In this document: positions 1 through 9,467 of the stretch, piece after piece
How positions within the stretch are numbered: position 1 is the first letter of the stretch
How the letters are laid out: each line of letters starts with the position of its first letter
Assembly (NCBI GenBank): GCA_903882825.1
Contig: CAIRYL010000119.1
Coordinates: forward strand, 1 to 35,639
Length of the DNA stretch: 35,639 nt
Source: an uncultured Candidatus Peregrinibacteria bacterium
Lineage (GTDB): Bacteria > Patescibacteriota > Gracilibacteria > CAIRYL01
Direction: 5' to 3'
Notes under the pieces: generated by a model
Databases searched by the model: none
Told to the model about the DNA's origin: nothing
Seen by the model: only the letters and a program-made list of their open reading frames with translations
Made by a program: the position numbers and the translations under genes

Positions 1-2
1 AT

Positions 3-3000
3 CTCTATGGGAAAAATGATAGTTGGAATAAAGTTTCTTTCGAGTTTCAACTTTCTGATACCTCCTCTTTTAGTAGTCCATTGTATTCTATAAAAGATAT
101 TTCATATTCCAATATTGCGGATGTGAATGCTGTGAGTCCAAATCTTCCCGAGGGAATTCAAAAAGTATTCACGCTTCCAGAAAATATTCTTCAGTTAGGA
201 AGTAATACTGTGAAATCATTTTTCTTTCGAGTTCGTTCTCATGATGAAATTGGACGTTATTCTTCATGGAGTTTTCCTTCTTCATTTGTTCTTCGTAAAA
301 ATGTAAATCCTAATGTTCCAGATAATATTTCTTTAGCCACTACTGGTGGAGAAAGTATTGAAATAGGGAACGCAAAACTGTATTCGGATGCATTGGAAAT
401 TTCTTTTAATATTACAGATGCGAATGCAGGAGAAGAATATTTAGGCTATGAAATTGATGTTTCTACGAGTGTAGATTTTTCTACTTCATTTTCCCATGTT
501 TTTTCTCCCCTAACGCTTACAAAAGGACGTTACGTAGCAACTATTTCAGGATTGTCTCCACAAACGTATTATATTCGTATTCGGGCAAAAGATGAGGCTG
601 GAAATGTGAGCGGATATTATATTCTTAAAAATGGTATTGAAGTAAAAATACCAAATCCTTCTTTTATCTACCAAAAGGCACGAAATTTTGAAAATATAAA
701 TCGTCCTGAAGTGTTTGTAAATAATGTTCTGTCGTCTTGTCCTGTTGGAAGTTCTCAATACGAATGTGGTGTGATATACGATCGTTGGCCAAAATTTGGT
801 TTTACTCTTCCGAATATCTCTCCTTTTTCTGCATCGGTTTTTCAAGTAGTAAATGGAAATACCATTTGGAATGTGGTTGATAAAGTAAGTGGAGAATGGA
901 AATTACAAAAAACATCTGTTCCACTCTTTAATGTGGAAGTAAACGATTCTTTTTTGAGAGGAACCTTGGATACGGTACAATATGGAAATTTATTTTTAAG
1001 TGCAGATACGCTTCCGGTAGATATTCAAGCTTCTTTTACTGGTGATCAGTCTTTTAAAGTTCTGCATGATGGGCAAGGTCATATTTCTGGAAGAGCTTGG
1101 AGCCAAGCATTTGGGTGGGTTAATTTTTCGGGAGGAAATGGAAATATTTCTTGTACCACACCAACAGCTATTACGGAGCCCAATCGACAATTAAACCCTA
1201 ATCAACCATTTGCTTCACCAGATTTTGGGGTGTGTATTACGAATCAGGGGATATTTCAGGGGCACGCGAGAGTGTTGCATCGAATGGTGGAAAAAAGCGA
1301 AATGGATACTATTTTCGGGGCTGGAAGTACTATTTGGCAAGACTTTTTTTGGGATTCTTCTAAAAGTGGAATGTTCATTTTTAAGCCAAATATTACGGTA
1401 AATTCTTTCTCATCTCTTTCAGATCCTCAAAAAACAGCTATTATTGGTATTTTTTCGCAAACAGGAGGAGAAATTATTTTTTCGGATGGAACTTCTTCAA
1501 ACTTACAATCTGCTCAAACTTCTTGGAGAGGTGGACTGCCTATAAATATTGATTTTTCTTTTCATCCTTTTCAAATTGCATCTTCCTATGTATTTACAAA
1601 TGGAGTACAGGTAGGAAATTTTTCTCAAAAAGGTCAATTGTTGCGTTTTACACCCAGTTCTTGGACATATGTTTCTACCACTGCTGTAAATACCGTAGAT
1701 GATCTTAAAAATAATCTTTTGAAGATTACCGAAGAAAATACTCCTATAGTTTTCTCTTATAAAATAGAAGCAACTGACTCTCGAACAGATCTCTTTTTGG
1801 CGTTGTCTTCTTTTGGAGCAACTCGCATTGGTATTGAGAGTGTTCCAGATGGAGGTTTATATTTTTTAATTGGGAAAAAGGGACGTGTGAGTCCATATAT
1901 TGAAGATTTTTCAACTCCTTTGAGTGTATTTGAGTACCAATATTCTGATGATATGGATGCTCTTCGCATTGATAATAAGAAATTTTTTACGCTCTCCGGA
2001 AATGCCAGTATTGAGAATTTGAGTGAAGTTGTTTTTAGTGATGGAGTCCAGGAAATAGAGGCAAAACTTTCAGATACGCCTCCTAAAATTCCTGTTTCAT
2101 TTACTATAAAGGCTGGTAATCCATCACAATCAACACTCTCAGGGGTTTCTTATGGGGATTTAACAACAGATGGGTATCGTGTTTTACGTTTAAAACCTCA
2201 AACAGATGTTTCTTCACCTTGGGGACATCTGGAAACAAAAGATTTTAATACGAGTAATAGTATCTCAGAAGCACAAACATTGTATAGCTATCTCAAAAGT
2301 CTTCCTATTGGAACACCCATTATTATACATACTCGTGGAAACGCAAAAACAAATAATGAGTATTTTCGTGATGCATTAGTAGAATTTGGAGCAAACATAA
2401 ATTTAATATATGCACTTGATGCAGATGATGCGTATGTGTTTGTAGGAGTAAAAGGATCCTCTTCCGCATATTTTGAAAAAAAGGATTCTTCTTCTGTGAC
2501 TCTCTCTTACGACCCAGCTACTCAGTCTCGAGAAGGGCTTATTGGAAAAGTGTGGAGTGATGCAGGTGGATGGATTTATCTTGATTCTGATTCATTATTG
2601 GGGGCACCAGGAGATGGTGGACCAGATGGGGTTTTTGGATCATTAAACATGGATACGAATTCTGATGGGCAAATTGATGATTATGGAGTGGTAGTTACTG
2701 CTCAGGACGATGGATCTGGATCTTTGTTTTTAGGAGGAAAGGCTTGGGCTCCTACTTTGGGTTGGTTTTATTTTAATGGTGGTGCGGGGATTCCCAATGG
2801 AGGTTGTAATAAAAACATTCAACCTTCTCCCAATGCATACGGGGTCTGTATGGATAAAGATGGAAAGTTTCATGGGTATGCATGGAATGTAAATTTTGGA
2901 TGGCTTAAAATGGAAGGGGTGAGTGCTCGTAATGAACAAAGTAATATTGGATTTATATTAGAAATATCAAAAAGTCCAAATTTTTCTGCGGCGCAAGAAG

Positions 3001-6000
3001 CGAACACCTATTCTTATATTGTTCCTCTTGCTAATCCGGGAGATCATTTGGTTACCACAGAAGAGATACGATCTGCTATAAATCAAAATACATGTACGCT
3101 TGGGAATAGGATAAATCAACAGTGTTCATTCCCGTATGGAAAATATTATTGGAGGGTAAAAACACGAATTAGAGGGGGAATGTCATCTGATGGAGAAGAG
3201 TCAAAAAGTTTTCATATAAAATCATTTCCACCAGAAATTACCCATACGTGTCCAATAAATCCGAGCACTGATTTAAATCCAGAATTTAAATTTACACTTC
3301 AAGATAAAAATGAACCTACTCTTCCTCTTACATATGGTATTCATTTTTATAAATCAGCAGATCCTGCGAGTGAAGATTATAAAACGTTGGTAGCGAGTAG
3401 TATTTATTCTTCTCAAGTACGAGCGGATAAACAGGAGTATTCTCTTGGAAATATTGGAGAACATAATATTTCGAGTCCAAATGAATTTTTAAAAGGAAAT
3501 AATGGAAAAACTATATGGTATGAAATTGAAGCAAAAAATACAGAAGGGGTTGTTTCGCGTACCGAACGTTGTAAAATACAACCTCGTAATTTTAAAGCAA
3601 CACTTATTTCTCCATATTCTGCCACGGGAAATGCTGTGGAAATCCCACGAGGAAAACCTTTTGAATTTCAGATTGATAGTTTTGATACCGATCGATATAC
3701 GTATAATTTAGAAATCCGTGAATCTCTTGTAGATGTGTCTGGAAATCATTCAGGAATAGAAGAATCTGCATGGTTTAATGAGAGTGTTGCACCAGTTGTT
3801 TCTATTAAAAAAACTACGGGAGAGGTTGTAGGAGAATCTCTCAGATATTCTGAAACTTTTTCAAATACACTCAAAACAAACTCTTCCCTTTGTTGGAGGG
3901 TAAAGGCGACGAGTGAAAAAGATTTAAGAGTTACAAAAAGTGATGTTTCCTGCTTTCGGGTTGTGAATAAGGCTCCTACATTTACTGATCCAGAAAAAAC
4001 TATAAATGCCCAAACAGTGAAAATTATAGACAATAATAAGAGTATTATTGCTGATGTAAGTACCTTTGTGTGGGATGAATCTCAACAATCTACAGGATGT
4101 TTAAATATTACAAATGAAAAAAGACCAGGTTTTTTATTTAACTTATATGATGATTCAGATTGGGCAGATGTGAAATATGAAATTAAAAATTATTATAATG
4201 ACGCGACTCCTCCAACAAATGCGTACATTGTTTCAGAAGAAATTCGTGCGACTGATGAAGAAAAAACAGTATTCCTTACAAGAGATGCTAAAAATCCTCG
4301 ACCCAGCACACGATATATTCCTCTTGATAAAACTCTTCCTCCCATTACGAATACCTATTATTTTTCTATTGTTGCTACTGATACAGAAGGTTTAAAGTCC
4401 GAAACAGTAAAAGGATGTTTTTTGTATCAATATTTTGATGGATCAGGGGGACTTGGGAATATTGGGACATCTTTGATAGATATTTCAGGATTGTCAGCAG
4501 GACATGAAAGAGCTTCTCATAGATTTGGATGGAATGTATATTCTGGATGGACTGATTTTAATCCTATTTCTGGAGGAGTGTACGTTGCTAAAAATGGTGT
4601 GTATGGATATTCATGGAATTCTCAATTAGGATGGATGAGATTTTCTTGTCAGGCAAATGAAGATTTTAAAGATGTATCTTCGTCACCGGTTTACCCACCT
4701 GGTCATCGAATGAATACTCTTACGGATTCCTATGATCCTTTTTGTAATGATTTACAAGCAAATAAGGAACGAAAATACGGAGTACGTATGGGAATAGTTC
4801 CAGATAATTTAAGTCCTATTGAAGGACAGGTTGCTCCAGCAGATGGAAGCCAAGATTTTATTGGAAAGGCTCGTGTGATGAGTATGAAATCTCATTATGT
4901 GTATTTTGATGCTGCTACCTATTTGCAAGATTATCCAAATGGTTCTCAAAGCGCAGAATGGCCTAAAAATGCTCATGGAAGAAAAGCTGTGGGAGTTGAT
5001 AATAAAGGAAAAATTTCAGGATTTGCATGGAGCCCTGAAGTGGGATGGATTTCTATGCGTACGAAAAATGGAAATGCTCAAAATATTATTGCTGACACAA
5101 ATATGAGTACGCTTATCGCAGATTCCAATGCGGATTACTATTTCCCTATTTCTGAATATACGCCTTTAGATGGATCTTGTTCCCCTGAACTTATAAATGG
5201 AAAATATATTATTTTGGACCGTTCAGATGCAAATAGTTATAAAATAGTGAGCAGTTGTGTTGGTAAGCAATTACAATGTAATGCTATTCATCTGTACGCA
5301 AAAGCGGAAGGAATCAATAATCCTTTTGACCTCTCTCCACAAATCACCTGTATTGAAGGAAATACGGTTGCAGTGGTTTCATTCCCAAATACTCTTCCGC
5401 CCAATACTGTTTTAACGCTTACCGGAGTGTTTCCACAAACAGATGGTGTTACAAAGTTGAATATTCCAGACTCAGCACCTCTAAAACTTAAGATTATTGC
5501 TGATCCTGTTCCATATTGGGGTGTGAACTCTTTAAATAACTTTAGTGAATTTGTGGTTTCTCCTCTTACATCTTTTGCAAATGCGAGGGATGTAAAAACT
5601 GCAACGGTTACATTAAAAGATAAGCATGGGATTGACATTGTAGATGTGTATACCATTGATGGAAGCAATGAAAAGGTTCGTGAAGTAAATTTGAATATTA
5701 CTGTTAAAAACACCATTCGTAAAAATCAATTTATAGAATCTGGCTATGGAGATGCCGTGAGTTCATCAGATTTCTCCTCTTTCTTAAAGAGAACTGGCGG
5801 ACCGATACTTTATAATTACGGAAGTGATACAGGAATAGGAATAAATCCTTCTTCTGCTTTTATTTCATTTCGATCGTATGCACCAAATGGAATAAATGAT
5901 TCATTGCAAATAGAAGATATTGGCGTTTCTGTGAAAAATACAAAACTAGATTCTGTTTTATTTTCTAAAACATATAGTGTTTCGAAAGATGTAAATGGAA

Positions 6001-7781
6001 ATGTGACAAATCCTAATATTAGATTCCCAAATGTATTACTCGAAAATAATTATTATAAAAAAACAGATGGAAATTACATTTTTGAAGATGTAAGTGCACA
6101 AAATTATAGTGCTTCTGGAAAATTTGAATTTAAACCTATTTTTACAGGGAAATTTAAATTTGAAAAAGATTTCGATGAGGATAGTGGGGATCCTGTTCCA
6201 TATGATGTTTCTGTACAACAAGTTCCAAATGTAAATGGAGAAATTATATCTTTTAGTGATAATTTTTCATTTGTTCATTGCTTAGATTCTACTCCAAAAT
6301 TAGGAGGAATAACATTCTCCCCATTAAAAGCCTATACTGAAAATTCGAGACTTGAGGATAAAGTTGTAAAGCGTTCGGTATTAAATAATGAAGGAGTTGT
6401 GGTAACAACACCAGTATATGGACAACAAAATTGTTATGAAATGGGGATGAATAATGGTCCGAGTTATTTCGATTTTAGAAAAAATTTGAATGTAGAAACG
6501 ACTACTCTTTTAACAAGTGTTCCAGATACTACTCCTAATAATTTCTTTTTAATGACAAACGCAACCGCCAATACAACGGATGGTATAACAGGTGTAAATA
6601 TGAAGTCCGCTGTGTCATATAATGTAGGAAGCGATTGGATTAAGTATTATATTCCTTTAGAAGGGGATCCTGTCGGTTATAATCCAAGAAGTAAATATTT
6701 AAAGGGTATTTCGTATGGACAAAATAGCACTTCTGTAAAAAACTTTTGTGGAGATGATATGGTTTTAGAAGTACAAGATGCACGTTCTTCGAGTGAAATG
6801 AGAAATGAAATTTATAAAAATTTAACAGGATATTTAAAAGAAACGAGTGGAACAAATAATTTTGTAGAAGTCTCAGGGAATAATAAAAGTATTTATATTT
6901 CTTCTCTGCAGTTACAAAACTGGTTAAAAAATGGAAATTTCTCAACGGCTATCTCAGGTGTAAATATTATTAGTACCGGGAAAATATTATGGGTTCGCAG
7001 TATGAGTGATACGGGAATAAATGTAGTGCTTGGTGCAGAAAATGAAAATGTTGTAGATAGTACGAGTTCTATTCCTCGGACGATTGTAGTAGAAGGAGGA
7101 AATATTTTTATAAAAAGTAATATTGTTCGTACAAATCCAGAAGCAACACTTGCCATTATTGCGCTTCATAATACGGAAAAAATTGGATCTGAAGAGGCAA
7201 GCTCACAAATTTCTGGGAATATTCTTATCCATACTGGTGTTACGAATATACGATCTGTTTTATTTGCGGATGGTTCTCTCTTTTCTTCTGATGATGGATA
7301 TACCATTTTTGATGGACATTTATCAGAATCTCAACCTTCAAGATCAAAATTAAAAAATCAACTGTATATTTTAGGAGGAATTTATTCTAAAAATACGTAT
7401 AATGGATCATCGAGTCCGAATGAAAAAAACACATTTGCGAATAATCCATCGGTTTGGCATTCTCTTAGTTGGGATTCAACGGATGTTACGATGTATTCAG
7501 GGGAATCCGTTCGATTTGATCTTTCTCGTCTGAGAGAATTTCATAGAAATACTGATGGAACAGTAAAAAATGAAGGAGTTGTTTCGTACGAAAGCTTTTT
7601 TAATCCATTTGTATTTCAGGATGAACAGAGAGGTTGGAATAATACGACGGATAGAAATTCGGTATCAAGTTGTAGAGCAAAATCATCAGTGATTATTGAA
7701 TACGATACGAATTTAGTAGAGAATCTTCCTCCTGGAGCATTTGAAAGAGGATCAATAAAAATCAATCAAATTATTCGATAA
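3..7781 (+). CDS. Giant secreted/surface protein, 5'-truncated by the window edge (at least 2,592 aa visible); FN3-like modules plus repeated G-x-AW...GW motif, with a beta-helix-like C-terminal part
   Basis: The ORF track starts at TTG 81. The same frame has no stop back to nt 3 (ctc tat ggg aaa aat gat agt tgg ... cca ttg), so the gene continues upstream. There are at least 6 FN3-like F/G-strand signatures: FFFRVRSHDEIGRYSSWS, YYIRIRAKDEAGNVSGY, YYWRVKTRIRGG, IWYEIEAKNTEGVVS, LCWRVKATSEKD, YYFSIVATDTEGLKSE. Seven copies of G-x-[AS]W-x4-GW-x-x-[FLM] are present. The C-terminal region has repetitive G-N-I-x-I segments. No recognisable C-terminal anchor. Confidence 0.85.
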   Translation, partial: LYGKNDSWNKVSFEFQLSDTSSFSSPLYSIKDISYSNIADVNAVSPNLPEGIQKVFTLPENILQLGSNTVKSFFFRVRSHDEIGRYSSWSFPSSFVLRKNVNPNVPDNISLATTGGESIEIGNAKLYSDALEISFNITDANAGEEYLGYEIDVSTSVDFSTSFSHVFSPLTLTKGRYVATISGLSPQTYYIRIRAKDEAGNVSGYYILKNGIEVKIPNPSFIYQKARNFENINRPEVFVNNVLSSCPVGSSQYECGVIYDRWPKFGFTLPNISPFSASVFQVVNGNTIWNVVDKVSGEWKLQKTSVPLFNVEVNDSFLRGTLDTVQYGNLFLSADTLPVDIQASFTGDQSFKVLHDGQGHISGRAWSQAFGWVNFSGGNGNISCTTPTAITEPNRQLNPNQPFASPDFGVCITNQGIFQGHARVLHRMVEKSEMDTIFGAGSTIWQDFFWDSSKSGMFIFKPNITVNSFSSLSDPQKTAIIGIFSQTGGEIIFSDGTSSNLQSAQTSWRGGLPINIDFSFHPFQIASSYVFTNGVQVGNFSQKGQLLRFTPSSWTYVSTTAVNTVDDLKNNLLKITEENTPIVFSYKIEATDSRTDLFLALSSFGATRIGIESVPDGGLYFLIGKKGRVSPYIEDFSTPLSVFEYQYSDDMDALRIDNKKFFTLSGNASIENLSEVVFSDGVQEIEAKLSDTPPKIPVSFTIKAGNPSQSTLSGVSYGDLTTDGYRVLRLKPQTDVSSPWGHLETKDFNTSNSISEAQTLYSYLKSLPIGTPIIIHTRGNAKTNNEYFRDALVEFGANINLIYALDADDAYVFVGVKGSSSAYFEKKDSSSVTLSYDPATQSREGLIGKVWSDAGGWIYLDSDSLLGAPGDGGPDGVFGSLNMDTNSDGQIDDYGVVVTAQDDGSGSLFLGGKAWAPTLGWFYFNGGAGIPNGGCNKNIQPSPNAYGVCMDKDGKFHGYAWNVNFGWLKMEGVSARNEQSNIGFILEISKSPNFSAAQEANTYSYIVPLANPGDHLVTTEEIRSAINQNTCTLGNRINQQCSFPYGKYYWRVKTRIRGGMSSDGEESKSFHIKSFPPEITHTCPINPSTDLNPEFKFTLQDKNEPTLPLTYGIHFYKSADPASEDYKTLVASSIYSSQVRADKQEYSLGNIGEHNISSPNEFLKGNNGKTIWYEIEAKNTEGVVSRTERCKIQPRNFKATLISPYSATGNAVEIPRGKPFEFQIDSFDTDRYTYNLEIRESLVDVSGNHSGIEESAWFNESVAPVVSIKKTTGEVVGESLRYSETFSNTLKTNSSLCWRVKATSEKDLRVTKSDVSCFRVVNKAPTFTDPEKTINAQTVKIIDNNKSIIADVSTFVWDESQQSTGCLNITNEKRPGFLFNLYDDSDWADVKYEIKNYYNDATPPTNAYIVSEEIRATDEEKTVFLTRDAKNPRPSTRYIPLDKTLPPITNTYYFSIVATDTEGLKSETVKGCFLYQYFDGSGGLGNIGTSLIDISGLSAGHERASHRFGWNVYSGWTDFNPISGGVYVAKNGVYGYSWNSQLGWMRFSCQANEDFKDVSSSPVYPPGHRMNTLTDSYDPFCNDLQANKERKYGVRMGIVPDNLSPIEGQVAPADGSQDFIGKARVMSMKSHYVYFDAATYLQDYPNGSQSAEWPKNAHGRKAVGVDNKGKISGFAWSPEVGWISMRTKNGNAQNIIADTNMSTLIADSNADYYFPISEYTPLDGSCSPELINGKYIILDRSDANSYKIVSSCVGKQLQCNAIHLYAKAEGINNPFDLSPQITCIEGNTVAVVSFPNTLPPNTVLTLTGVFPQTDGVTKLNIPDSAPLKLKIIADPVPYWGVNSLNNFSEFVVSPLTSFANARDVKTATVTLKDKHGIDIVDVYTIDGSNEKVREVNLNITVKNTIRKNQFIESGYGDAVSSSDFSSFLKRTGGPILYNYGSDTGIGINPSSAFISFRSYAPNGINDSLQIEDIGVSVKNTKLDSVLFSKTYSVSKDVNGNVTNPNIRFPNVLLENNYYKKTDGNYIFEDVSAQNYSASGKFEFKPIFTGKFKFEKDFDEDSGDPVPYDVSVQQVPNVNGEIISFSDNFSFVHCLDSTPKLGGITFSPLKAYTENSRLEDKVVKRSVLNNEGVVVTTPVYGQQNCYEMGMNNGPSYFDFRKNLNVETTTLLTSVPDTTPNNFFLMTNATANTTDGITGVNMKSAVSYNVGSDWIKYYIPLEGDPVGYNPRSKYLKGISYGQNSTSVKNFCGDDMVLEVQDARSSSEMRNEIYKNLTGYLKETSGTNNFVEVSGNNKSIYISSLQLQNWLKNGNFSTAISGVNIISTGKILWVRSMSDTGINVVLGAENENVVDSTSSIPRTIVVEGGNIFIKSNIVRTNPEATLAIIALHNTEKIGSEEASSQISGNILIHTGVTNIRSVLFADGSLFSSDDGYTIFDGHLSESQPSRSKLKNQLYILGGIYSKNTYNGSSSPNEKNTFANNPSVWHSLSWDSTDVTMYSGESVRFDLSRLREFHRNTDGTVKNEGVVSYESFFNPFVFQDEQRGWNNTTDRNSVSSCRAKSSVIIEYDTNLVENLPPGAFERGSIKINQIIR

Positions 7782-7798
7782 ATCAAAAATAAAATATT

Positions 7799-7834
7799 AA
7801 AAAAAGGAGAAATCTCGTATTTGCTCCTTTTTTT
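7799..7834 (+). terminator. Rho-independent terminator-like hairpin after the giant gene
   Basis: aaaaaggagaaat / ctcgt loop / attt(g)ctccttttttt gives a 13-bp stem with one bulged G, then a T-run. It lies 18 nt after the TAA at 7779-7781. The apparent GGAG 'SD' and the TTG at 7821 sit inside this hairpin. Confidence 0.5.
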
Positions 7835-7856
7835 AGGAATGGGTATACTTTTTTTG

Positions 7857-9467
7857 ATGATTACGAAAGGAGTTATTTTAGCCGGCGGAAGAGGAACTCG
7901 TCTTGCTCCTGCGACTCGAGTGACTAATAAACATTTGCTTCCCATTTATAACCGTCCGATGATTTTTTATCCCATCGAGACACTTCAAAAAATGGGGATT
8001 ACTGATATTCTTATTATTTGCGGAGACGAACACGCAGGAGACTTTGCAAAACTCTTAGGAACCGGAAAAGAATGGGGTGTGCAGTGTACATTCCGAGTAC
8101 AAGAAGGAAGTGGGGGAATCGCGGATGCATTGTCGTTGGCAGAGTCATTTGCAGAAAATAAGCCTATTGCTGTTATTTTGGGTGATAATATTTTTGATGG
8201 AGATTTTTCTGATGCTAGTGATCAGTTTTCTGTCGGCGCACAAATTTTTCTTTCTTCTGTTTCAGATCCAGAACGATTTGGCGTAGCAGAAATCCATGAA
8301 ACTGGAACTGTTATTTCGTTAGAAGAAAAACCAGAATTTCCAAAATCATCTTTAGCCGTCACGGGAATGTATTTTTTTGATGCAGAAGTGTTTCGGCATA
8401 TTCGGAATATTATTCCCAGTGAAAGAGGAGAGTTAGAAGTAGTAGATGTTCTAAAAAAATATTTAACGGATGGGAAATTATACGCGACTCAAATTTTCGG
8501 GAATTGGACAGATGCGGGGACACATGAAAGTTTTTTCCGTGCCAGTGCACTTATTCGGAAACTTTCAGGACTTTCTGACGTTCAAGATTCAGAATATGTA
8601 CTTCCTCATATTACGTCTGGAGTTATTGTTTCTCCTACAAATGAGCCTTTAGAAGCTCCTCTACGCGCGTTATTGTTTCAAAAAGGAAATTTTACACATT
8701 CTGTTTTTGTGTGTATTGATGGGGGAACCGATGAGCATCAAATACAATGGAAACGTTTTTGTGAAAAATTCCCGGCAGTAACATTGATTATTCATCCTCA
8801 TGAAAAAGGAATTTTAGCGTCTCATAACGAAATTTTAGAACAAAAGGAGGGAGATTTTTATTGGGCCGCTTCTTCCGAGACTATTTTGGGAGATCCGTAT
8901 GTTTTTTCAAAAATTTTACAAAAAACATGGGATTCTCGATCGGCAGTATTTGGTGGAAAAGTTTTTGAGATTCAAAAGAATGAAAGAACAGAAATTTTGG
9001 CTTCTACAGGAATTGTAAGAGGAAGAGGATTTTCGTTTTATGATAGGGGAATTAGAGAATCAGATCGTGGTCAATTTGATGAAGATTCAGAACCGCTTGG
9101 ATTTCCTATTTTTGCGAGTTTGTATCGAACACATATTCTTAAAAAATTAGGAGGGTTTGACGAAACATTTGTGTGTGGAAAAGGGGATATTGATATGGCA
9201 CTTCGGCTTCGAGAAGCGGGATACCGCGCACGTTTTGCTTCAGATGTGCGAATTTTTCACCCGAACCGTTTTTCGGGTCCACGAAGTTTTTGGAAACATA
9301 TTCAGTATTTTTTTACTCGGCATCCACAGGTTTCCGAACAAGGGTACCAAGCCCAAAAAAAACTCATCGAAAAACATCTTTCTCGGTATCGTTGGCAAAC
9401 ACGAGTTTTTGGAAAAATGCGACTATTTGTTCAATGGTGTGCGATAAAAATTATTTCATTCTTATAG
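7857..9467 (+). CDS. Fusion protein: N-terminal sugar-1-phosphate nucleotidyltransferase (RmlA/RfbA-like) plus C-terminal family-2 glycosyltransferase-like domain
   Basis: KGVILAGGRGTRLAPATRVTNKHLLPIYNRPMIFYPIETL is the classic G-x-G-T-R-L nucleotidyltransferase N-terminus. From about nt 8690 the C-terminal half shows GT2-like features (VCIDGGTDE..., GGFDETF..., DIDMALRLREAGYR). I prefer ATG 7857 (MITKGVILAGG) as the start; ATG 7839 or TTG 7821 are possible. Confidence 0.8.
   Translation: MITKGVILAGGRGTRLAPATRVTNKHLLPIYNRPMIFYPIETLQKMGITDILIICGDEHAGDFAKLLGTGKEWGVQCTFRVQEGSGGIADALSLAESFAENKPIAVILGDNIFDGDFSDASDQFSVGAQIFLSSVSDPERFGVAEIHETGTVISLEEKPEFPKSSLAVTGMYFFDAEVFRHIRNIIPSERGELEVVDVLKKYLTDGKLYATQIFGNWTDAGTHESFFRASALIRKLSGLSDVQDSEYVLPHITSGVIVSPTNEPLEAPLRALLFQKGNFTHSVFVCIDGGTDEHQIQWKRFCEKFPAVTLIIHPHEKGILASHNEILEQKEGDFYWAASSETILGDPYVFSKILQKTWDSRSAVFGGKVFEIQKNERTEILASTGIVRGRGFSFYDRGIRESDRGQFDEDSEPLGFPIFASLYRTHILKKLGGFDETFVCGKGDIDMALRLREAGYRARFASDVRIFHPNRFSGPRSFWKHIQYFFTRHPQVSEQGYQAQKKLIEKHLSRYRWQTRVFGKMRLFVQWCAIKIISFL

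Noticed and set aside
5288-5716. A 142-aa minus-strand ORF, along with many other antisense or alternative-frame ORFs of 60-110 aa inside the giant gene (for example 546-845, 3746-4033, 6640-7156).
   Set aside because: They lie entirely within a much longer ORF that has coherent domain structure. Their translations are low-complexity or hydrophobic, as expected from the antisense of AT-rich coding DNA, and show no motifs.
7821-7856. TTG 7821, preceded by GGAG, as the start of the RmlA-like gene (the ORF-track start).
   Set aside because: The GGAG and the TTG are the two arms of the terminator-like hairpin after the giant gene. The extension MLLFLGMGILFL is hydrophobic and atypical for this cytoplasmic family. 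ATG 7857 gives the canonical N-terminus. It remains possible but is less likely.
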